Part shown: in pieces, positions 38,666-50,600 of the stretch | How positions within the stretch are numbered: position 1 is the first letter of the stretch | How the letters are laid out: each line of letters begins with the position of its first letter | Assembly (NCBI GenBank): GCA_040954595.2 | Contig: CM082585.2 | Location: forward strand, 12,528,127-12,592,126 | Direction of reading: 5' to 3' | Source of the DNA: Balanoglossus misakiensis | Lineage: Eukaryota; Animalia; Hemichordata | DNA length: 64,000 nucleotides | Translations under genes and position numbers: made by a program | Notes under the pieces: generated by a model | What the model was told of the DNA's origin: nothing | Database searches by the model: none | The model's input: only the letters and a program-made list of their open reading frames with translations

Positions 38666-41600
38666 TTATTCCTGTGCAAATTTCGAGCTGTATGTTGCAC
38701 TGCCAAGAACCTCCATCCACCTGAAATAGAACAATAAAGTAAAAATTGTAATTTAATTGGACCACAGTACAAGCAAAACCATTTGTGTAATTGAACAAAG
38801 ACACTGTAATCCCATGCATATGCTTCATCATTTCGTCCATTCAACATTGCAGTAGGCCAGCATTCAGCATTTTCTTATACATGTTGGAGTCTGTTTTGGG
38901 GGTTTAGTGCATGTGGACTCATCAAAACAAACAAACAAACAAACAAACAAACAAACAAATTCAAGAAATATAATTTTCTACCTTCCAAATGTGTATTCAC
39001 TTTCGGCTCTGAAGAAGTAGACATGGGTTTTGAACTGAAGTTTGAAGACATAATCTTTCTGAATACCGTCCCTCTCTCCTGGCACACTTACAGTGTAACC
39101 TAAAAGTGGTAGACTGGCAAGTGGAAAATCATCCTGCAAGCAAAAAAAAAAACAAAGACATAAAATCAGAACTGAAATGGATATTCTGAATGTAACTCAG
39201 GGAAACCGGTCTTAACAATCAGGTTTATTATTTCTAGTAGTGTAAACTTGGGATATGTATTTTGCCAACATTTGCTGCTATGTAGTGTAGCACATGGACC
39301 CCCAAAAGGACATATCTGATTGAAGCTTAGCCACCGAAAGTCAGTCCATTCAATTTGCAGTATTTACTGACCATATCATAGATGTAACTTGTAAGGGCCA
39401 TTTCCTTGCATGAGCCATGCATACTTTTACATTATTAATTGTCCCTAGCCCCTAAATGCAAAAGTAAAGTTGTCAGTCTGAATCTGTGCTCCAGCAATTC
39501 TCTCTACATTCTACAGGAGAGGGAAATGTATGTTATCAAGTACATGCTTAAAAGAAGAATAGAACTTACTTGGTATGTTTTATAGAAGAATAAACAGAAG
39601 TTGGTGAAGACAACCCACAACTTCTGCCAACCATTACTGTTTTTGAACTTTCTTAGTAGATATCCACTGAGTTGGTTCTAAATCGAAAGGAAAATTAACA
39701 TAATGTGAGATATGACTACAAACAGGTTCAGTCATGCGACAAGTGCTTTGACTTCGTTTCAGTGAGTCACATGAGAAAATGAACCAATCATCAGCTGTCT
39801 CAATCACATGACAAATCTGTCCAATCAGGCCTGACTTGCCTCCACAGCTCTTGCATGGTCAGTCATGCTGACACTGGTATTTCTATGCCAGCAGACATGC
39901 ATTGTTGTGTTTGCTCTGTGGTGAGTCTGTCTTTCCAGAGATCCTCGCGGAGTCTGTACGTCTTCTTCCGACTCATCCTGAGCATTCTCCGCATCAAAGG
40001 AAGCATCTGAGGAACCAATAGATTCCATGGATTTGTTTTGTTTCTGTGCCATCGCCATGGCTGTTTTGATATCCTGCAAGAAATCACAACAAATTTAGTC
40101 TTCATTTTAAGGTTGAGTTATATCCAAAATCAGTGTCACAAACAGTTAATATGGCTTGGTGCTTTGCTTCCTGTGATTTTTCTCCTAAGAACTGTAACAA
40201 AACTCATCTAATCTATCACACCGAAGTCGACTGATTTGTTAGCAATCTATTTTCCTGTAGACCAAGTTAAATGTCATGTGGTACTTTTGCAATGAGAAGA
40301 TTCATACCGCCATCCATTTTTCTTTTTCTTGTTCAGAGCTTGCTGCCAACACTAACGTCTTGCTACCACCATATATGGTAAAGCAATAGGGTGATGACCT
40401 TTCCTGTTGACTGTTATCTTCAATCTACAGAAAGATTAAATTAAAAGTTTGCATTTCAGTGAAAATATAAATTATGCTTTCCGGGATTGGTTTCAAATAC
40501 CAGGACTTTAAAGAATTTTTTGGGAACATACAAACCCTGTGTTCTTTTAATGAAACTAAAATCATGATGATACAAAAAATACATTATGTGTTATATTGCT
40601 TACTTTCAATATATAAATTAAAACTTACCACGATTCCTTTCAGAGGAATCTGTCCATGAACTTTGAACTGGTTGGTTGCGGTCACACCCTTGCTGGTGTA
40701 GATTAACATATCAGAGAATAAGAAGAACATTCTCTGTTGATAACCTTTCCTTGACAATTTGTGAAGACATCCTTCTCTGATGAACTCCTGTATTGGGAAT
40801 ATGAAAACATTGGTGCATGACAGATTATGAAACACACTAACATGTCCGTGCTAAGAATATAATCATTATTACAAGTGCAGGGAAAACATTATTTAATCTC
40901 ATCTGTTCACAATGAACCTAAGGTGAACCAATGGTAGTTAAAGTCACATTCCCTAAATTTACCCAGCAGAATGACAAACATTGTCGAATATTGCCAGCTG
41001 CCAAATTGACTGAGATTCTTGACACATGTTGTTTAACCCTCTCACCACCATGGTTCAGTCAAAACCCATTGTTTTCTATGGTAAGGTTGGACCTCTAAAG
41101 AGGGAACTGGGGGTGATAGGGTTAAGCTTATAAATTAAACTACATCCTTAAAGTTAAAGTCTTACCCTGCTTGGTTGAACCAGATTCTCAACGCCGACCA
41201 AATCTCTCTGAAGTTCTGTCAGTTTTTGGAAATTTTCCAGTTTCTTCATACTTTCATGCACATGACTGGTTGCCTCGGTTACTTCTTCCAATGCAGCTGT
41301 TGTGCCAGAAATACAAACATCTGTTAGGTTGTTTTTCAGGTAACTTAGGCTATTGGTGAAATATTGCTCTGATCAATGAGCCTAACACTAATTTATTTTA
41401 GGCCAAACATTGAAATAAGAATGATATTGAATCTTTTTACTTACTTTGGCAGTTTTCATAATCAGCATGGCTTGCTGGGTAATGTTTCAGTAACCCTGAC
41501 ATACCAAAACAAAACAAACAAAAACTGAAAGTTGTTAATTTGTACAACAAACCATTAATGGTAAAATAATTTTAAATATGGTAATAAAAAAAATCAAATA

Positions 41601-44600
41601 ATTTCAAATATTGTAAATAAAACAGAATCAAATCACTCACGTTCTAGGATGAGTTTATAGTGCAGCAGTCTTTGAACCGGTTTCAACAGGAATGTATTGA
41701 ATGGAAGATAGCAGACTTTCTGGAGTTCAAATTCTTTGTAGACAAGTTCAAATTTCTTTGACCTTCTAGTTGCCATCTCTAATTCTGTCAGAATTTCATC
41801 ATGTTTCTGCATGTATCCTGTATACAACTGCAATAATATACATTATTTATAATAAACATTTTCATCAATGGACAGCCTAGGACCACAATAACGTGAAACA
41901 TGCTCAAATAAAAGCAGTAACTTGTACTAAGATAGACTGGATATTCTAATCATTATTCACAACTGATAGACACCTTGCAACTGGCACCCCTAAGATCAAC
42001 CAGAAAGTTGCTGGAGTAATCTAGCAGTTAACACACTCTCTAAATACCCTAGCAGCTCAAATAATCTGAATCGACTCCCCAGCAGATCAAAGAGAGCGAT
42101 TACCTGTCACCTATATGAAGACCACTGCTCTCTTTTTGGCTGTCCGGCAAATGCTGGGCAGTTACAAATGAACTTTCTTACAATTCTACACTGCATTGTT
42201 TTTTTTTAACTTTTTTTTTATTGGGATCAAACAACGGTGAACAAATACATTAAACACAAAAAATTACACATTTCCAGTTCCAAATATATGGTCAAGCAGT
42301 TACATAAGGTATTAGGGGTGACCATTTACCAATGTGTGCAGCAATTTTGGCATTAGCTCTCGCAATTTTTTCTTCAGTTTTATATACATTTTTAAGCTGC
42401 ATAATAAAGCTTGTGATGTCTAAAGACATGTTGTCTAGTTTACATCTATAAATATACATGCGCACTTGCAAAGCTATGAAATTAACAATAATTTTCTCTT
42501 TGGGATCGCCAAAAATCATACATAGTTTCGAAGGTGGACAATTAAGTTTAAGTGGTCCCCCAAAAATAAAAAGTAAATTTCTCCAGAGGTCGGTGGTGCA
42601 CTTACATGAGTAAAACAAATGTTCAAGAGACTCTATTTCAGTATTACACAAAGTACAATATGGAGATGGAAACTTCTGTGGATTAAACTTATTCAACTGT
42701 TTGTTTGTATAAAGAATGTTGTGGAGTAACTTAAATTGGAATACTCTGGACTTACTATCAATAGCTAATTTATATATAAGCTCGTACATTTGTTTCCACT
42801 TTAAATCAAACATATTTGTGGCTTTTTCTAAAGTTGCTTGACTTTTCGGTACATCAACAATTAAATCGATAATGTTTTTCTTCAGACATTTTTTTGTCAA
42901 TGACTCCAAAATAAGAGTGTTGTTATTTACAGAAATACAGACATCGTTTAAAGTTTGAGAAACATTCCGGTTCTTGAGAACCTCTGGAATTGAAAGTGTC
43001 AGACCCAACCACTTCAACTTATGATTTAAATTAAGACACTGCATTGTTTACTACTTGATCACTTATTACCTTAATTTCCTTCATGTTTTTCTGCATAATA
43101 TCACCAATCCTCTGATAATTCCCTTTCAGATGGGCATTTGATCGACCCTCCCTGAAACACAAACACAACAACAAAATTTAATACAAGAAGTCTAAAACAC
43201 CACAGTACGTTAACATGCTCCTCTGTATTTTTGCCTAGTTGCTTTTTAAAATCAACTCACCATGTAGCTAAGCGTTGTTCCACTTCTTTGACAAATCCAC
43301 AATGGAATTCATAGATAGGATCCAAGTTATTAAACAACATATCCAGAACCGAAGTGGGCATTCCAGTTTCTTTCATTGCAGCTTTACGGAACCACTGTCG
43401 GAGAAAAATGGGTCATTCTACACAACATTCAAAGTCATAAAGGTTTACTTTCAAGTAAAAGTTTTTTCGGGTCAAATTTAACATCAAAGCAAATAAAATG
43501 TTGAAAATACTGAGTTACTGATATTGATTGACATCATAACCTAAACTTCCTGACTAAAGCTTTATTCATCAAATGATATAACACTTCGGTCAAAAATTAA
43601 TTCTTACCACAACGATCACTTCTAAGTCCTTGATGTATGTCCTCTCTGTTGTAAGGATTTCCTTGGCAATAAAGTAAGCCTTATCGGTTGGATGTCGCTT
43701 TAAAAGAAAAGTGCCACATTATTAGCTGTTTATTTACACCAATTTTCATTAATCTCAATTATTTATTGGTACTAACTAGAAAGAAGTGCGATTTACCAAC
43801 AATTCAATAGTTGAATGAGTCAAAGTGCTCTACTGAAATTCAATGACCATCACCAGTTGAAACCTTTCATCCCCATTTCCCAACACAAAGACCATCCCAA
43901 TACAAGGACCATATCATTAAAAACACTCAGGTAATTCCAAAGAGCTGTGGCAAATGGTGTGAATGGTTGTCATCTTAATTATCTGGCGTTACTTCTTGAC
44001 CAAATAGTGTTTGGAAATGATTTGAGATTTTGAACTGATTCTTGTAACATTTCTGCACATCCAAACTTTTGTTTAAGGGGGAAGGAGGGAGGGCAAATGT
44101 AATTGGTTGCATTTTTCATCCCTTTTTCTTAATTATCCTCGGCTACAAAGTCTTAAAAAGACATTGAAAACAATATACATGTATTATAGCAGAGTTTTGT
44201 CACAACACTCATACAATCAACAATGGACTCTCTCAAATCCTCTAGGTTACTGCACTGATTCTCTGCTGTGCACTGAAAAATCTTCAGCCGTATTGGATCA
44301 TATTGCAACCCAAATTGATGTGTATTATGTACATCATCTGATAATCTGCAAGAATTCCATCAAAGTTTACACACAAATCTCTTTGAAATTCAGTAATAAG
44401 TTATGTATATTATCATTACCCATGCATAAGAAAACAACTCCCTTTCATGCAAATAACAGCTTTGAGAATTCATTACATTTTGAAGCAAACATGGGAAAGT
44501 ATGCAACCTGTTCATTATTAACCTTTGACCCTGAGAGTTATCTGCAAACACACACCAGCCAACACTTGCCATGAAAAGCACAGTCAAAAACTGTTCATGC

Positions 44601-47600
44601 ATTAATTTACACCCAGCAAAATAAACAAAGTTGGGAATAATTAAAGGTACATGACATTGCAAATATACAGGCAAATTATAACATAATTGTATGAAATTTA
44701 TTTGAATCCATTATTATAATGATATTATGAACTTATCATGAATTTTCAGATTTGATCTTGTCATCACATATGACCCTTTATGACTGCTATCAAATCTAGT
44801 AATTTGGTGGATCAAATTCATATGGAAAGAACAGCAGATGTGGGGAATATAATCCTTCAAAATGCAAACAATCTCTAAATCAAGTGTGGTTTAGGATGGG
44901 ATAGCAATGTCAAGTTGAACTCTTTGAAGGGCTCAATCTATCCAGCCAGAACACAGGAAGGGATTATGTTAGTTGTACAAGGATAACCACAGTGTTAAGA
45001 GAGTTTTGCATAAAATTGCCTCATCTGCCATGAACTAACACAAGTAACACATTAAATTAGAACCCAGGTTTAGAGGCATACAAGAGAAAACATTATTCAA
45101 AATTGATCAAACACATTACATATGTACAATGTTTTGTTGATGTTTTCTTAATTTTGTTTCTATAAATCAAATCTTAAAGTTAAATGAAACACTGACGTGT
45201 TTATAAGTTAATTTGTGCATGAAATGAAAACCGTACATTTAAATAATCCACCAACTTCATTAATCTGTCAGGGTTTTAGTTCAACTATAAAGAGGTGCAG
45301 CAAAACGTCTCTGACTACCTTCAACAATTCAAGTCCTGATACCTTTCTCCTTGTTCCCTCTGTATCTTCCTGACTTCCTTGGCTACCACCACCCTCATCA
45401 GAGATTGTCGTGTTGTGTACCGTCTTCACAGAACTAGTCACTGTGGTTGTCTCCACTGTGGTCTCCAACTTTGAAGGATTTGCATGTACAACAACTGTTG
45501 GAAGTTAAAGATATCCCCTCTTAACGTCACAAATCTGCCATCAACTCAAAATCATAATGGCATATCCTGGTCCTATCATAACTGCTTTGGACGATTACCT
45601 TCTCATAATGGAACTTTTTTTTGGGGGGGGGGGGGAGGGAGGGATGAGACCAACTATATTGGATCCCATGGTTACTTCTTGTTTTTTATCTATTGGAACC
45701 TGATCCTTCTATGTTGTAAAGCAAGCATCATAGGTAAGGGGGATGATGAGTCAATATGTGATGAGGAATTCTGAGAGAACAACAACCAACAATTTTTTCT
45801 CTGTTTTTTTTCATCATAGCCATCTACATTAACACATGGTAACGGTGACTATATGTCTTGTTTCACTAAAATAGGACTTATGTTGTGAAGCTTTTTGACT
45901 GCATGGATCGAGACACACTGTCAAACAACACTGCCTAGCAATGCTAAGTAAAGCAGGCCATGAGATGAATTTTATCTTGTAGAGGAAAGTCCTTTATTGC
46001 AACATGTAACTAGAAGTGAAAACAACAAAATATCTAATGTTTTTGAAAGTGTATCATTAAGGTCAAGGTGACATAAACCTGCCAAAAATCAAAGGTCTCA
46101 AGTGAAGAAAAATTTTACCAGACAAAATGTTTCATATAACATCCTAATCCCAATTCACTTTTAAATCAATAGTTTGCTTGCATAGATCTTCATGTCTACA
46201 CAGCACTCTACTGGTTTTTACAATTAAAGGTTTAGATTTGTGAATCTATGCTGTCTGATGCATAGAATTCCAAACAGCGAACCTTTCCAACAGATATCTA
46301 TCTAAATGACTAGACTTAGAACAATAAGATGTTAATTTAGATTACAAACACTGTTGCTTCTGTTAGGGTCAAAACCTTTCAATGAAGAGAAAACTACAGC
46401 AATCTGCAAATTTACATATGAACATTTTTGATTTAATTGTTTTTTATGATTGGCTATCTATCATCATGTGACGTGGCTACAATATAGAGAGGTAGACAAT
46501 ACGGCAGTGATGTCATGGATTATGCTAAAAATAGAAACTCAATTATTTAACAGGCAAATGTTTGGCTGTGAGAGTGACCAATAATCATCAGAAACCCTGG
46601 TTTACCCATGAAAATAATGTCTTTGACGATTAAATGTTAACTCCAAAATGTATTCAAACACCAAAATGTATTTCCAGCAGGTTTAAACTTTGTGTCCAGT
46701 TTTCAAATTTTTTTCAAAGTATTATTTCTAGCTCTGGGGAATACTACTATTTAGTTGACAATAAATCAATCATTTTAGTCTTTAATTAGCACATCCCTAT
46801 AACCTGTAATCACTTTAAGGATTTAAAATTTCAATGTTTTCATCAACAAATTCAAAGCTTGACTACAAAAAACTATATCCGAATTTTCTACATGTTATTG
46901 TTATGAACTATGCTGCAGACCAGATTTATTCTGATCAATTTTCAACAACAGACTACGATTGTTTTGCACCACATTGAAAGAAAGGACTGAAGATATCCCC
47001 ATCAACCATTACCTTGAACACAAGTTTGAAAAAGAAAAAAAAAGTGAATATATATTCTCTGAATGTTCAAAAAATACACAAAACCTATGGAATGCTCAAA
47101 AATATACAGAGAAGTAACTTGAAAGCAGTGGTGACAAAATACTGATCCTTGACCTCATATGTAAAAAAATAATACCATCAAAATATACAAACTGGAAGTA
47201 AAATGACCAAATATACATACTCAGATCAACCCTGCATCTTGATTGGTGTGTGCACGTCACATGTCATGTTCTTGACCAATGAAATCACAGCACCAATCAT
47301 TCACAAATCACATGATTGCACTATTCTAGCAGTTGCCAATATTATCTCTATGAAAACAAGCAAAGTTAATAGAAATACATGCCAACCAAAAAAAGATCAA
47401 ATTTTACATTTACTGAACATTTTAATTCACTTCCTCTGCCTGCTCTTCTCAAAAATCATGCCTGATCAAAAATTGACACTATTCAAACATTTACTGACCT
47501 TTTAGGAGCCTAGCCGAAATACAGTAAAAAATGTTCCAAAATGGGTACTGAAGTGACCATGACGACAACAGTTGTCAAGGGCAACTAATTAAGGATGCAG

Positions 47601-50600
47601 ATGACAACAATGATAATCAGTGATATGCCTGGGGAGGAGAAGGGATGATTTTAAAACCAAAAATGAGTTTTAGTTGCATCAGTGAATGTGTTTCAATCCT
47701 TATGTATTTTAGTACTGAAATGCGACATGCTTTCATATTAAAAGGTGATGTTTCACATGCAAATGCTCGATCATTCTTGAAAATGCACACAACCTCCTAC
47801 ATATCAAAACTATCCCATGCTATATCCACTCTGTCACAGCCAAACTTTTAGTACAAATGAACATTTTCTCTCTTGGCACAATCAACTTACTGCTAACATA
47901 AAACATAACATGTTGAGCATAGCTAACATGTGCAACATCAATTATCTATAGCTCAGGCATGGTTAATCATAGCTCTGCTGTTAGAATCAGACACATCAAT
48001 GCCATGCCATGACATGCCATGTTTACTTTATATCATGCAATGTTAAGTGTTATGTCACTCTCAAACAGTGATCATATTTGTGTGATTTTGTGTCTCATAA
48101 TATAAAACTATGCTGTGCAGAGTATAAAACACTATTACTTTGGTCTCAATCACTTTCATAATTCTTTTCACTTTTTCCCCAAACAAAACTGGCAATGTTG
48201 ATTCCAGATGGATTTCAAAGTCTGCGTAAAAGCAGACACTGACGACACCAGCATCACATTCACCACAATCAATGCAACAATCATAACTGTATTTTGTATA
48301 TCAAGCCAATTTCAATTATGTTGACAAAAATCACCAAAAATAAAACCAATAGGAGACCAATGAAGATCAGCATGCATGCTGAGCAAACCAGTGCTCTGTA
48401 TCCCAAACACCCAGCCAGTCGCGTTTGCAGACAAACAATGATTTCTCTAACAGACAGTTAGTTTTCGTCTGTGCATGATGGGATAAGGAAATTATATGAT
48501 TTTGGGATGACTCTCCTCCTTCAACCTTTTACTTTTTTAGCTGTTTGTTCGTTTGTTTGTTTATGCCCATCATGAAAAGTTAGCAATGCATGTTAGCTTA
48601 TCTTGGGACAGTTTGGGTTAAGAAGTCATGTTTGTCTGACAACTTATTCGAGATCATCAAACCCACTGCAGATCCTTAGACAACAGTGTGTCTATAGCAC
48701 ACTGCAAAATGATCACGCACCATCTTAACGCAATGCTTTGAAAGCACAGATGGAAGACATTTTCTTGAAAAACAAAATTCTTACAAAAAATGCTGAATTT
48801 GCGTGTATTTTAATACTGAACACCTGTCACCAATAAGAAAGTGATCGGAGTCTGTTGCCATGGTCATCAAAAAGAACAGTCCACCAAAACACCTCAAAGA
48901 AACTCGAAAATACTGAGAGAACCAAACTGCAACTGCATGTCTATTACGGTATGCCATTCACAATAAGCAAATATCGAGCAATACCGAAGTATCCAACTTA
49001 AGTACTCTATAACAAAAAATATTCAAAAATACCATGCATTTCCTAATCACACCACTGGAACACAGGTAACATGTTTCTATGACAACAATGATTTTCAATA
49101 ACATACAGATATGCAAATATATAACTATCATCTTTTATGACACAACAAATAGCCATATGACAACACCGTGTCTTTTGAAGACTTGACAGACTCTCACTAA
49201 GCTATGACACGACAATCCAACCAACTATGCAAATTCAACTTGATACATCAAGCTGCCTCAGAACTGGGAAACATCTGAGACACTATGACCTTCCCAAGAA
49301 TGATTAGCAATTAACCACTATTAATCACAAACTAGAATGTTGTCTTTATTTAATTTAACTTGTTATAAGTATGTTGCTTTACACAATCTTCAAAAAGTAC
49401 TGATCTGATGTAAACACCTGTAAGTATGCCCATAATTGGTTAATACCTATACGGCAATTGACCAAAAGTAAGCTCAAACATGGAAATACATGTATGCCCA
49501 AAATGAACCTGCATGTACAAATATGGACCTATGATATGAGATTATAACAAAGACGACCAGAGTTTAATATCCTACAAAGTAATGATCTGATGATCACATG
49601 ATACATGACCAATAATACAGGTGAGATGATCCCCACATGAGGTCACCACTTAAACTTAGAAAATGATGATGATCAGCAGTTTTACTAATCATAGCATGTA
49701 CTTTTATTATTGCATTGTATCTCTACTTTATGACACTAAATCTTTGTACAAACAGAAACCCACTGATAAAGGTTAAGAATACCAAATACCTCAACTTTAG
49801 TTACTATTGTTAGGTTTGAAAAAATATGTTTAGAGAGCTGTTTTAAATTCTAATTTGTTTCCAAAGCTTTCATTTTTATCAAAACTCTGGTTAAGATACA
49901 AAGTTAACGTTAACAAATTACATCTTCCTGCCCATGAAGATTGTCATTGATTGGTGAAAACAGTTTTTGTGGAAGACAGGGTTTCATTTCCTTTTTTCTA
50001 GTTTGAGTCATCTGAGGACTGTATGACATTGTCTTGTGGTAAACCCTCACCATGCATATCAGAGAATACGTCATGTTTATCGATCATTGGATTTCTGTAC
50101 ACAAGACCGCCATTTTGGACAGCATGAGCGTCATAAATAGCGCCCTCAGACAAATCAGAGTTTGATTCTTCAGTTTCTGATGAACTCTGACAAACATTTA
50201 GATCTTGCAATTTCTCATCAAGTTGAGGACTGAGAATTGTTGGAGAGCAATCAAAGCTTTCCTCAGAAGTGCTTGACTCTGAATTGCTGTCAGAATCACT
50301 CTCACTATCATTCTCATCGTCACTTATGGAATGATCAGATCCAGGAATTTCCATGTAGTCATCCTGGAATTGTACAGTGACTCTTCCTGGGAATGGCTTA
50401 TCTATGACATCTGGACTACTGAAATCCCCACTGAGGTTGGGATCACCAGAAGGATATCGTTCCATTTCCCTTGACAAAATACTTCCCACACTTGGGGATT
50501 CAATATCCTCTTTCACATAGGTCTTAGAAAACTTCAAATATTCCTCATCAATTGACTCATCCTCCCCATGTCGGAATTTTTCTTCTGGGTGTGGAATTTT

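Noticed and set aside
42292-43069. FARP-LINE ORF2 fusion protein by intron read-through
   Set aside because: The read-through frame hits TAA after 12 codons; the LINE ORF is in a different frame.
44107-44574. 155-aa + strand ORF and the many other 60-125 aa ORFs
   Set aside because: No recognisable motifs; they are antisense or intronic, with low-complexity AT-driven composition.
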